64,000 nt of DNA from Candidatus Nealsonbacteria bacterium (GTDB taxonomy: Bacteria > Patescibacteriota > Minisyncoccia > Minisyncoccales > JAGMDC01), in the NCBI GenBank assembly GCA_030612885.1, contig JAUWMZ010000002.1:5834-69833 (forward strand). The letters run 5' to 3'. Made by a program: the position numbers and the translations under genes. Below, in pieces: positions 8,430-17,976 of the stretch. Under the pieces are notes generated by a model, which was given only the letters and a program-made list of their open reading frames with translations, did no database searches and was not told the origin of the DNA. Within the stretch, counting starts at the first letter, position 1, and each line of letters opens with the position of its first letter.

Positions 8430-9962
8430 ATGAGTATTAAAATATTAAAAAAAACAATATCTGTTTGTCCGGAATGTTTTAAAGCAGGGGAAATTAAGAA
8501 AATAGACGCTCAAATTATTGAGGAGGAAGGAAAGGTTTGGATGAGAAAAGAGTGCCCCATACATGGTGTTTTTAAATCAATATACTTCAGTTCTCCAGAA
8601 CTTTATCGTAAATGGATGAAGTATCAGGCAGACGGAACAGGTGTAAAAAATGTAGAAATTAAAAGCCTGCCTGACCCGCATTTTCTCTATCCAAAACATT
8701 TTTCCCAAACAGTTCTGACAAATTTAATGGTTACCAATAGGTGCAATTTGCGGTGCAGCTATTGCTTCATGAACGCCGGTGCTGCCGGTTATATTTATGA
8801 ACCATCTTTAGGGATGCTGAAAAAGATGATGCAGGCAGTAAGATTAGAGAAACCAGTTCCTTCAAAAGCACTCCAACTTACCGGGGGAGAGCCAACAATT
8901 AGAAATGATTTAATAGAAATTATCAAAATAGCTAAAAATATGGGGTTTGTTCATATTCAGTTAAACACCAATGGCATACGGCTTTCCGAGGAGCCGGAAT
9001 ACTGCCAAAAAATTCAAAAAGCAGGAGTAAATACTATTTATATGAGCTTTGACGGCGTTTCAAAGCAAACCAATCCCTGGATAGAGGAAAATAAAAGAGC
9101 TATAGAGAATCTAAGAAAAGCAGGCATAGGCGTTGTTTTGGTTCCCACTGTTATCGCTGATTCCAATCTTCAAGAAGCAGGAGAGATTGTTAAATATGCC
9201 ATAGAAAATATTGATGTAGTAAGAGGAGTTAATTTCCAGCCGATTTCTTTTTGCGGAAGAGCAGGATTTGTGCCAGACGAGGTTAGAAAAAGAAAAAGAG
9301 TTGATTATGTAAAACTTTTTGAGGTCTTAGAGAATTCTTTTGATGGACAGCTCACCAGAGATGATTTCTATCCTGTGCCATTTGTCTATCCAATATCAAA
9401 ATTAGTAGAAAGATTAAGGGGTGAGCCACAGGTTGAATTTACTGCCCATCCGGGCTGCGGCGGAGCCACTTATATATTTATTCAAAATGGAAAACTAATA
9501 CCAATAACCAGATTCATCAATGTAGAGAAGTTAAGGCAGTTCATTAAAGAACAATCAGAAAAATCAGGGCCATTTTATAGAGCAAGGGTAACCGCTTCTT
9601 TTTTAAAAAACATTTCTAAATTTATTATTCAGGATAAGATACCAAAAGGTTTAGATATTAAAGAGATTTTAATAAGCGCTATTACCAAAGGTCAATATAA
9701 ATCATTGGGTAAATTTCATCATCAAGCCCTTTTTATCGGTTCAATGTGGTTTCAGGATGTTTGGAATCTTAATCTGGAACGGTTGAAAAGATGCGTTATT
9801 CATTATTCTACTCCGGAAGGCATAGTGCCTTTTTGCGCTTACAATGGTTTGGGATATGGCGATGAAATCCGGAAGAGGCATTCTATGTCTGTTAAAGAAT
9901 GGGAGAAAAAGACAGGCAGAAAAATGAAAGACGACCTTTGGAAAAACGGTCCTATATCGTAA
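8430..9962 (+). CDS. Radical SAM enzyme with N-terminal zinc ribbon and C-terminal Cys-rich domain (family not resolved)
   Basis: CxxxCxxC radical-SAM cluster motif (TNRCNLRCSYCF), the glycine-rich SAM motif LTGGEPT, an N-terminal CPEC...CPIHG ribbon and C-terminal Cys residues (HPGCGG, CVIHY, FCAYNG). Confidence 0.6.
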   Translation: MSIKILKKTISVCPECFKAGEIKKIDAQIIEEEGKVWMRKECPIHGVFKSIYFSSPELYRKWMKYQADGTGVKNVEIKSLPDPHFLYPKHFSQTVLTNLMVTNRCNLRCSYCFMNAGAAGYIYEPSLGMLKKMMQAVRLEKPVPSKALQLTGGEPTIRNDLIEIIKIAKNMGFVHIQLNTNGIRLSEEPEYCQKIQKAGVNTIYMSFDGVSKQTNPWIEENKRAIENLRKAGIGVVLVPTVIADSNLQEAGEIVKYAIENIDVVRGVNFQPISFCGRAGFVPDEVRKRKRVDYVKLFEVLENSFDGQLTRDDFYPVPFVYPISKLVERLRGEPQVEFTAHPGCGGATYIFIQNGKLIPITRFINVEKLRQFIKEQSEKSGPFYRARVTASFLKNISKFIIQDKIPKGLDIKEILISAITKGQYKSLGKFHHQALFIGSMWFQDVWNLNLERLKRCVIHYSTPEGIVPFCAYNGLGYGDEIRKRHSMSVKEWEKKTGRKMKDDLWKNGPIS

Positions 9963-9990
9963 AGTTTCTTGTGGATAACCTCGGATTTTC

Positions 9991-10023
9991 AACGGCGGAG
10001 GCAAAATTTGACGCCGTTTTTTC
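9991..10023 (+). terminator. Probable rho-independent terminator
   Basis: AACGGCG ... CGCCGTT 7-bp stem (14-nt loop) followed by TTTTTTC. Confidence 0.45.
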
Positions 10024-10048
10024 ATCGGAGTAAAATGAAATAATATAT

Positions 10049-13000
10049 ATGAAAAACAAAATTACCAAAATTAAAAAAAGAGACGGCAAAATAGTTAATT
10101 TTGAGCAAGATAAAATTACCAAAGCGGTTTATAAGGCCCTTACTTCCAGCGGCCAGGGCGATGGGAAAAAATCAAAAAGAGTTTCCAATAGAGTTCTTCA
10201 GATTTTGGACAGGAGGTTTAAGAAAGATGAAGTTCCTACTGTAGAACAGATTCAAGATATTGTTGAAGAAGTTTTAATTTTAGAAAATTTAGTAGAAACA
10301 GCTAAGACATATATACTTTATCGGGAGCAGAGAAGAAGAATAAGGGAAGCAATTACGGTAAGCGAGGAAGCAGTAGATAGAGTTGACCAGTATTTGGGAA
10401 AACTGGACTGGGAGGTTCAGGAAAATGCTAATATGGCTTTTTCCTTGCAGGGCTTGAACCATTACGGTGTCACTTATATCATAAAAAAATACTGGCTTAA
10501 TAAAATTTATCCCAAGACGATAAGAGAAGTCAATGAATCAGGCGATTTGCATCTTCATGATTTGGATTCCTTAGCATGCTACACTTTTTTTGGTAGAGAG
10601 GTAGTAATTGTCAAATTAAATGGTCAGATTAAATTAATTTCTTTGAAAGATCTCTATGAAGAACTTTCACAACCCGAGGTTTTGCTGAACAGAAAAGATG
10701 AGGCCTTTGCTAAGTATCCAAAAAACCTTTATATTTTAGATAAAAATGATTGGACAAAAGTTCCTCGAATGGTAAGGAAAAAAAGAAAAAGAAAAATGCG
10801 ATTTATCAAATCCGAACAGGGCAGGAGTGTTATTGTTACTGATAATCACCCCTTTATCATAAAAGGGAAGGAGAAAGAAAAGGAAATTATGGTTGAAGCG
10901 AAAAAAGTTAAAGAAAAAGAAAATTCAGTGTTTTCGGCTTTTATTCCAAATTTATTGAAATCTGAAAATTTATTTTCTAAAAGATATTTATATTTAGCCG
11001 AAGAGTTAGTTAATAAAAAATATCAAGACTTCTTTTTAGAAGGATTTGCGTGGCAGGACTTTATCAAAAATTGGCAAGGATCTCTAAAAATTGAAGGGAC
11101 ATTAAGTACCTCAAATAGCGCTAACAGTTTAAATAATAAATTGGAGCTCACTGAAGATTTAGGTTATTTAGTGGGTTTTTTTATTGCGGAAGGTAATTAT
11201 GATAGTTGGAAATTATGCATTACTAACGATGACAACAAAACAATTAAAAAAATTCAAAGAATTTGTGCTAATTTAGGAATAAGAAGCTACTTAAATAAAA
11301 ATAAAGAAAGAACTAAACAAATTAATATTAGCAGCAGCACCCTAAAACTTGTCTTTGAGAAAGTTTTTCAAATAAAGCCGTTAAGCATAAATAAAAATTT
11401 ACCGGCAGATATTCTAAACTATAATTTAGATTTTGTTAAAGGAGTAATTGCTGGAATTATTGACGGAGATGGTAGTGTATATCCAGATAACAAAGCCCAT
11501 GGCGCTTCCCAGGTTTTAATTAGAGTTTCTTCCAGGACAATGCTTGAACAAATAGCAACTTTACTTCAATTTTTCGGAATTATTGCCAGAAGCGGAGCAA
11601 ATATTGAAGATATCGGTAAAAGTAAGATTTTTCGAGGAAGAGAGATTGTCCAAAATTATCCTATCTACCGATTAAATTTTTCGAAAAAGAAAGGTGTTGA
11701 TTTTCCTTCTTCTAAATATAAACAGGCGAAGATAGCTGAAAGACATTGGAGAGCAGAAGAATACGGCTGGAATAAAGTTTTGAATAATAAATTTACTACA
11801 ATTCCAGATGATACAATTTACGATATTACCACTGACTCTTCTACTTTTTTAGCCAATGGGCTTTTGGTTCATAATTGTATGGGTTGGGATTTATATGATC
11901 TTTTACTGAAAGGATTTGGCGGTGTTTCAGGAAAAGTAGAAACAAAGCCAGCCAAACATTTCAGAGCAATTTTAGGTCAGGCAGTGAATTTCTTATATAC
12001 AGTCCAGGGCGAATGCGCTGGCGCGATCGCTTTTTCAAATTTTGATACTCTTTTAGCGCCTTTTATTCGCTACGACAATTTGAATTATCAGCAAGTGAAA
12101 CAGTCCCTTCAGGAATTTTTATTCAATATGGCCGTACCTACCCGGGTCGGCTTCCAATGTCCTTTTTCGAATGTCACTTTAGACCTTAAACCCTCTTCGG
12201 TTTTTTCTAATCAGCCGGTTATCATTGGCGGCAAACCGCAGAAAGAAACATATGGCGAGTTTGGGGAGGAAATGAAAATTTTTAACAGAGCTTTTTATGA
12301 AATAATGCTGGAAGGAGATAAATCAGGAAGACCGTTTCATTTTCCTATTCCAACTATAAATATCACTAAAGATTTTCCCTGGGATGAGCCGGCTTTTGAT
12401 GGTGTGTTTGAAGCATCAGCAAAGTACGGAACTAATTATTTTAGTAACTATATTAACTCGGAGATGAAACCAGAAGATGTGCGTTCCATGTGTTGTCGTC
12501 TTAGGTTAGACATGACAGAACTTCACAACCGGGGTGGCGGAGGGTTATTTGGTTCAGGAACATTAACCGGTTCAATCGGCGTGGTCACCATTAATTTACC
12601 AAGGATTGGTTATCTTTCAAAAACCAAAAAAGAATTCTTTAAACAACTTGAAAAAATGATGGATTTAGCAAGAGAAAGTTTAGAAATAAAAAGAAAAACT
12701 ATTGAGGATTTCATTTCCAAAGGTTTATACCCGTATTCCAAATTTTATTTATCAGGCATTAAAAAGGCGCGCAATACCTATTTCGCCAATCATTTTTCAA
12801 CCATAGGTTTGATAGGAACGAATGAAGCAATTTTGAATTTCTTAGGTGAAAACATTGGTTCCCGCAGAGGCAAAAAATTCGCCTTGGAAATTTTAGATTT
12901 TATGAGAGAGAAACTAGTGAAATATCAAAAAGAAACTGGCAATATTTATAACTTAGAACAAACTCCAGCAGAAAGCACAAGTTATAGATTGGCTTTAAAA

Positions 13001-13450
13001 GATAGAGAAAAATATCCAGATATAATTACTGCTGGAACCAAAGAAAATCCCTACTACACCAATTCTACCCAGCTTCCGGTTGATTATACAAATGATGCCT
13101 TTGAGGCGTTAAAACTTCAAGACGAAATTCAATGTAAATATACAGGAGGCAGCGTACTCCATCTATTTTTAGGTGAAAAAATTTCTGATATTCAAACCGT
13201 AAAGAGTTTAATTAAGAAAGTTTTTGAGAAGTTTCACCTGCCCTACATTACCATAACTCCCACTTTTTCCATTTGCCCGGTTCATGGTTATTTGAGCGGA
13301 GAGCATTTTGAGTGCCCAAAATGTCTTATTAAACAACCTTGCGAAGTTTATTCCAGAGTAGTAGGATATTACCGCCCCGTGACTCAATACAATGTCGGGA
13401 AGCAACGCGAATTCAAAGAGAGGAAGGAATTTAAGATAAAATCATCTTAA
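10049..13450 (+). CDS. nrdD: Anaerobic (class III) ribonucleoside-triphosphate reductase with ATP-cone, interrupted by an intein
   Basis: N-terminal ATP-cone, the LHLHDLD motif, a C-terminal glycyl-radical motif SRVVGYYRPV and a CPVHG...CPKC zinc ribbon. The extein is about 700 aa once the intein at 10577..11875 is removed. Confidence 0.85.
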   Translation: MKNKITKIKKRDGKIVNFEQDKITKAVYKALTSSGQGDGKKSKRVSNRVLQILDRRFKKDEVPTVEQIQDIVEEVLILENLVETAKTYILYREQRRRIREAITVSEEAVDRVDQYLGKLDWEVQENANMAFSLQGLNHYGVTYIIKKYWLNKIYPKTIREVNESGDLHLHDLDSLACYTFFGREVVIVKLNGQIKLISLKDLYEELSQPEVLLNRKDEAFAKYPKNLYILDKNDWTKVPRMVRKKRKRKMRFIKSEQGRSVIVTDNHPFIIKGKEKEKEIMVEAKKVKEKENSVFSAFIPNLLKSENLFSKRYLYLAEELVNKKYQDFFLEGFAWQDFIKNWQGSLKIEGTLSTSNSANSLNNKLELTEDLGYLVGFFIAEGNYDSWKLCITNDDNKTIKKIQRICANLGIRSYLNKNKERTKQINISSSTLKLVFEKVFQIKPLSINKNLPADILNYNLDFVKGVIAGIIDGDGSVYPDNKAHGASQVLIRVSSRTMLEQIATLLQFFGIIARSGANIEDIGKSKIFRGREIVQNYPIYRLNFSKKKGVDFPSSKYKQAKIAERHWRAEEYGWNKVLNNKFTTIPDDTIYDITTDSSTFLANGLLVHNCMGWDLYDLLLKGFGGVSGKVETKPAKHFRAILGQAVNFLYTVQGECAGAIAFSNFDTLLAPFIRYDNLNYQQVKQSLQEFLFNMAVPTRVGFQCPFSNVTLDLKPSSVFSNQPVIIGGKPQKETYGEFGEEMKIFNRAFYEIMLEGDKSGRPFHFPIPTINITKDFPWDEPAFDGVFEASAKYGTNYFSNYINSEMKPEDVRSMCCRLRLDMTELHNRGGGGLFGSGTLTGSIGVVTINLPRIGYLSKTKKEFFKQLEKMMDLARESLEIKRKTIEDFISKGLYPYSKFYLSGIKKARNTYFANHFSTIGLIGTNEAILNFLGENIGSRRGKKFALEILDFMREKLVKYQKETGNIYNLEQTPAESTSYRLALKDREKYPDIITAGTKENPYYTNSTQLPVDYTNDAFEALKLQDEIQCKYTGGSVLHLFLGEKISDIQTVKSLIKKVFEKFHLPYITITPTFSICPVHGYLSGEHFECPKCLIKQPCEVYSRVVGYYRPVTQYNVGKQREFKERKEFKIKSS
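10577..11875 (+). mobile_element. Intein (433 aa) with LAGLIDADG homing-endonuclease domain inside nrdD
   Basis: Starts at the Cys after HDLDSLA and ends at ...LLVHN, followed by the C-extein CMGWDL. Two LAGLIDADG-type blocks (LGYLVGFFIAEGN and VKGVIAGIIDGDGSV) are present. The flanking extein (HDLD ... C-MGWDL) is contiguous with conserved NrdD sequence. Confidence 0.8.
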
Positions 13451-13508
13451 CATCCAAATATTTCAATATATCGGTAATGTTTAAATGTTTAAATGTTAAA
13501 ATGTTTAC

Positions 13509-14225
13509 ATGCTTATCGGTGGTTTACAAAAAGTTACTTTAATTGATTATCCGGGCAAGGTTGCTTGCACGGTTTTTTTAATGGGCTGTAATTTTCGCTG
13601 TCCTTTTTGTTATAGCGGTGAACTTGTTTTGCCAAAAGAAATAAAAAAACAGCCAAGAATTTCAGAAAAAGTTTTTTTTGATTTTTTAAAAGAAAGGCAA
13701 GGATTATTAGAAGGAGTTGTTCTGTGCGGCGGCGAGCCGACTATTTCTGAAGATTTATTGGAATTCTGCCAGAAAATAAAAAAATTAGGATATTTGGTGA
13801 AATTAGATACTAATGGTTCAAACCCAAAAATGATTGAGAAATTGATAAAAGAAAGATTGATAGATTATGTGGCAATGGATATTAAAGCGCCGCAAAATAA
13901 ATATGGTTTTTGTTCAGGGAATAAAGCAGACATTAAAAATATCAAAAAAAGTGTTGAGTTTTTAAAGCAGGGAAAAATTGACTTTGAATTTAGGACTACG
14001 GTAGCTCCGGGATTAAGTGAATCAGATTTTTTAGAGATAGCTAACTGGATAGGGGTCCCTTCGACAAACTCAGGGCAAGCTCCAAAGTATTTTCTTCAGG
14101 AGTTTAATTCTCAAAAGCCGGTTTTAAATCCAGAAATTCTTAAACTTCCTGTTTTGAAACGAGAAGACATTGAGAAAGCTATTGAAACGATAAAACCAAA
14201 ATTTCAAACCTGCAAATTAAGATAA
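13509..14225 (+). CDS. nrdG: Anaerobic RNR activating protein (radical SAM)
   Basis: GCNFRCPFCY (CxxxCxxC) with the VVLCGGEPT motif, immediately downstream of nrdD. Confidence 0.8.
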   Translation: MLIGGLQKVTLIDYPGKVACTVFLMGCNFRCPFCYSGELVLPKEIKKQPRISEKVFFDFLKERQGLLEGVVLCGGEPTISEDLLEFCQKIKKLGYLVKLDTNGSNPKMIEKLIKERLIDYVAMDIKAPQNKYGFCSGNKADIKNIKKSVEFLKQGKIDFEFRTTVAPGLSESDFLEIANWIGVPSTNSGQAPKYFLQEFNSQKPVLNPEILKLPVLKREDIEKAIETIKPKFQTCKLR

Positions 14226-15718
14226 TGACTGCTTCTAAGATATTGCTTTGTTTTTGTTTATCTTTTATCATAGGAATTTTTTTCCCCGCACCTTTTGAAC
14301 TCAAAAGGTGCGGGGTTGATTTTTCTTTAGTAATATTATTTTTTCTGATTTTGGGAATTTTGTTAATCTCCGTTCCGCCTTTTTCCAAGAGAAGGGGATT
14401 GATAATTCTAGGATTTTGTATTTTATTTTTATCAGCAGGAATTTATCGCCAAGGGATTGCTGAATTAGAAATTACAAACAATGAAATGAAAAAGTATAAT
14501 GATTCAGAACAGAGCATTATTTTAATCGGAGAAGTTGTAAAAGAGCCGGATGTCAGGGATACTAACACAAAATTAACAGTAAGAGTGAAAGAAAGCAAAG
14601 TTTTAATTACTATCAAAAAATATCCTCAATATCAGTATGGAGATAAATTGGAAATTAAAGGAAAATTGGAGAGCCCGGCAGTTTTTGAGGACTTCAATTA
14701 CAAAGATTATTTAGCCAAAGATGGAATTTATTCAGTAATGTATTATCCAGGAATAGAGCTGTTAGAAAGAAAAAATTACACAGGTCTGACCTGTGTAATT
14801 TATAAAGGGATTTTTGGTTTTAAAAATAAATTAAGAGAATCAATTTTTCAAAATCTTTCGCCGCCCCAGTCCTCAATTTTAGGAGCCATAATTCTGGGTG
14901 ATAAAAGGCAGATTTCAGAACAATGGAAAGAGAAATTAAATATTACCGGTACCAGACATATTACCTGCGTATCAGGTATGCATATTATTATTCTGGCTGG
15001 GATTTTAATGTGGCTGGGAATGGCTTTAGGTCTTTGGCGGACTCAGGCGTTTTATTTTGCCATTATTTTTCTTGTTTTATTTATTGTGATGGTCGGCGCT
15101 CCTCCTTCAGCAGTCAGGGCCGGTATTATGGGCGGCCTTTTACTCTTGGCTCAATATTTGGGAAGAATGAATACTTCTTCCAGAGCAATTGTTTTTGTAG
15201 CAGCAGCAATGTTAGCCGCTAATCCCTTACTCCTTAAATCAGATGTCGGTTTCCAATTATCATTTTTAGCTGTTATGGGCATTATTTATTTAATGCCCAT
15301 TTTTCAAAATTGGTTGAAAAAGATTCCTTTAGAATCTCTTAAAAATATTCTTGCTATGACTCTATCGGCCCAGGTTTTTACTTTACCGATTTTAATTTAT
15401 AATTTCGGCTACATGTCTTTGGTTTCATTAATTACTAATATTTTAATTGTGCCATTGGTTCCTTTTATTATGATTTTTGGTTTTGTTTCCGGGTTATTAG
15501 GCATAGTTTGGCAGACCTTGGGCTGGGTTTTTTCCTGGCCTGCTTGGTTTTTGCTGACTTATGTTACGAAAATTATTGATTTCTTTTCTCAATTGCCTTT
15601 TGCCTATTTGACCATAGAAAACATCTCTTGGCTCTGGCTTTTAATCGCTTATTCAATTTTAGCTACCATCACTTGGCACTTAAACGAAAAACAAAAACTA
15701 AAGTTCTTGGAATATTGA
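14225..15718 (+). CDS. comEC: ComEC/Rec2-family DNA internalisation channel protein (DUF4131 plus competence domain; no beta-lactamase domain)
   Basis: Polytopic membrane protein with an OB-fold-like periplasmic segment and the competence-domain motif ITGTRHITCVSGMHIIILAG. Confidence 0.7.
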   Translation: MTASKILLCFCLSFIIGIFFPAPFELKRCGVDFSLVILFFLILGILLISVPPFSKRRGLIILGFCILFLSAGIYRQGIAELEITNNEMKKYNDSEQSIILIGEVVKEPDVRDTNTKLTVRVKESKVLITIKKYPQYQYGDKLEIKGKLESPAVFEDFNYKDYLAKDGIYSVMYYPGIELLERKNYTGLTCVIYKGIFGFKNKLRESIFQNLSPPQSSILGAIILGDKRQISEQWKEKLNITGTRHITCVSGMHIIILAGILMWLGMALGLWRTQAFYFAIIFLVLFIVMVGAPPSAVRAGIMGGLLLLAQYLGRMNTSSRAIVFVAAAMLAANPLLLKSDVGFQLSFLAVMGIIYLMPIFQNWLKKIPLESLKNILAMTLSAQVFTLPILIYNFGYMSLVSLITNILIVPLVPFIMIFGFVSGLLGIVWQTLGWVFSWPAWFLLTYVTKIIDFFSQLPFAYLTIENISWLWLLIAYSILATITWHLNEKQKLKFLEY

Positions 15719-15779
15719 TTTGACATATACCGGGTGTTTGTAAAAATAATAGATAATTGTGCTATAGCAAATCAGAGAT

Positions 15780-15809
15780 TTGATATATCAGACTAAAGTT
15801 TGTTATAAT
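15780..15809 (+). promoter_or_regulatory. Sigma70-like promoter (TTGATA-17 nt-TATAAT) upstream of the GH1 gene
   Basis: TTGATA at 15780..15785, a 17-nt spacer, TATAAT at 15804..15809, then AGGAAA and the ATG at 15816. Confidence 0.5.
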
Positions 15810-15815
15810 TAGGAA

Positions 15816-17003
15816 ATGGCAGAGATTTTAAAATTTCCAAAAGGGTTTTTATGGGGGTCGTCTACTTCTGCTTATCAGGTAGAGGGCGGCATTGAGAATT
15901 GCGATTGGGGAAACAGAGCAGGAATAGCCTGCGATCATTATAATCGGTATGAAGAAGATTTTGATTTGATAAAAAAATTAAATCAAAATGCACATCGTTT
16001 TTCAATTGAATGGTCGCGGATTGAACCAGAGCCAGGAAAGTTTAATCAGAAAGAAATTGAGCATTATAGAAAAGTACTTTTAGCTCTAAAAGAAAAAAAT
16101 ATTAAATCAGTAGTTACTCTTTGGCACTGGACCAACCCTATTTGGTTTATGAAGATGGGCGGCTGGGCAAATAAAAAAGCAGTAAAACATTTTGAAAACT
16201 ATACAAAGATTATTGTCAAAGAATTTAAGTATCTAATTGATTTTTGGGTTACTTTAAACGAACCAATGGTTTATATCACAGGATATTCAACAGGTAGATT
16301 TCCGCCTTTTCAAAAAAGAAATATTTTTAAGGCTAGAAAAGTTTTTAATAATTTAGTTAAAGCCCATCAAAAGAGTTATCAAATTATTCATACTCAATAT
16401 CCAAAAGCAAAAGTTAGTATTACTAAACTAACAAATTATTTTGAGCCAGCTAGAAAATGGTGTCTGATAGAAATATTTCTTGCTTGGATTGGCCATATTT
16501 TTTGGAATCATTGGTTTTTAAAAAGAATAAAAAACCAGCTTGACTATATTGGCTTAGATTATTATTTTCATCATAGGGTTGTTTGGTACCCGCCTTTTAT
16601 AAGAAATTTTAATAGAAAAACAACTGATATTGGCTGGGAAATTTATCCAAAAGGAATTTATTATGTGTTGAAATATCTGTCTAAATTCCAAAAACCGATT
16701 TTTATTTTAGAAAATGGTTTAGCTGATGCTAAAGACAAGAAAAGAAAAGAATTTATAAAAGACCATCTTTTTTGGGTTTATAAGGCAATTGATGAGGGAA
16801 TAGATGTTAGAGGATATTGTCATTGGTCTTTAATGGATAATCTGGAATGGGCTCAAGGATTTGAGCCAAGATTTGGCTTAATTGAAATTGACTATAAAAC
16901 AATGGAACGAAAACCTCGGTCTAGCGCTTATTATTATGCTGAGATTTGTAAAAGCAACTGTTTAAAAATTAAAAATTACAAAATTAAAAATTTTAGCTTA
17001 TGA
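15816..17003 (+). CDS. Glycoside hydrolase family 1 (beta-glucosidase-like)
   Basis: N-terminal GH1 signature FLWGSSTSAYQVEGG, acid/base TLNEP and nucleophile ILENG motifs. Confidence 0.75.
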   Translation: MAEILKFPKGFLWGSSTSAYQVEGGIENCDWGNRAGIACDHYNRYEEDFDLIKKLNQNAHRFSIEWSRIEPEPGKFNQKEIEHYRKVLLALKEKNIKSVVTLWHWTNPIWFMKMGGWANKKAVKHFENYTKIIVKEFKYLIDFWVTLNEPMVYITGYSTGRFPPFQKRNIFKARKVFNNLVKAHQKSYQIIHTQYPKAKVSITKLTNYFEPARKWCLIEIFLAWIGHIFWNHWFLKRIKNQLDYIGLDYYFHHRVVWYPPFIRNFNRKTTDIGWEIYPKGIYYVLKYLSKFQKPIFILENGLADAKDKKRKEFIKDHLFWVYKAIDEGIDVRGYCHWSLMDNLEWAQGFEPRFGLIEIDYKTMERKPRSSAYYYAEICKSNCLKIKNYKIKNFSL

Positions 17004-17935
17004 CTTGGCTTTCTATCATAATTTCTGCTTATTTTCTTTTGGCAATTTGCGCCTTGATTGATAAATATCTTTTGACCGGACCTATTCCTCATCCCAGGGT
17101 CTATGCTTTTTATGTTGGCATCTTGGGAATTTTTGTTCTTCTTTTAGTTCCATTTATTGATTTCTATATTCCAGAAACAAATCAAATTATTTTAAGTTTT
17201 TTAGCTGGTATTGTTTTTGTTCTGGCTCTTTTTTATCTTTATAAGTCCCTTCATCTTTTTGAGGCCTCCCGGGTAGTGCCGGCTATTGGCGGCTTTGGGC
17301 CTCTTTTTACTTTTGCCTTGATTTATGTTTTTTCTTTGGGTAAAGAGCTTCTGTCTTTCTCAGAAGTAATTGCTTTTATTTTATTAGTTTTAGGAAGCGT
17401 ATTAATCACTTTTAGAAAAGAAGCATTTATTACCTTAAAAGTTTTGCGATATTCTCTTTTCACAGCTTTTTTATTTTCTCTTTCATTTGTTTTGGCAAAA
17501 TATGTTTATTTGTCCCAGCCCTTTTGGAATGGCTATATCTGGATAAGAATCGGCGGCGTCTTTGCTGCTTTTGCTTTTCTTTTATTAAGTCCGGAATTAA
17601 AAAGAAAGATATTTAAGCCAAGGGTTTCTATGATTTCTTTTTTCTCAACTCTTGGTTTTAAAATAAAAACAACCGGCATTTTTCTTTTCAGTAAAGGGGT
17701 TGGAGCATTGGCTAATATCTTACAGAACTGGGCGATTGCTTTAGCGCCATTAGGGTGTGTGGCAATTATAAATGCTATTCAAGGAATTCAATATGTTTTC
17801 TTATTAATAATTGCTGTTTTGGTTTGTTTTAAGTTTCCCAAGATTTTAAAAGAAGAAATTTCAAAAAAAATTATTTTTCAGAAAACAATTGCTATTTTAT
17901 TTATTGGAGCAGGACTTGTTATTTTATTTTGGTAG
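17000..17935 (+). CDS. Polytopic membrane protein of unknown function (~10 TM)
   Basis: Hydrophobic helices throughout. Start overlaps the GH1 stop (ATGA coupling). Confidence 0.5.
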   Translation: MTWLSIIISAYFLLAICALIDKYLLTGPIPHPRVYAFYVGILGIFVLLLVPFIDFYIPETNQIILSFLAGIVFVLALFYLYKSLHLFEASRVVPAIGGFGPLFTFALIYVFSLGKELLSFSEVIAFILLVLGSVLITFRKEAFITLKVLRYSLFTAFLFSLSFVLAKYVYLSQPFWNGYIWIRIGGVFAAFAFLLLSPELKRKIFKPRVSMISFFSTLGFKIKTTGIFLFSKGVGALANILQNWAIALAPLGCVAIINAIQGIQYVFLLIIAVLVCFKFPKILKEEISKKIIFQKTIAILFIGAGLVILFW

Positions 17936-17976
17936 CGGGGTATTCCCACCGCCGAAATAAAAGCGTTTTTTAAAAT

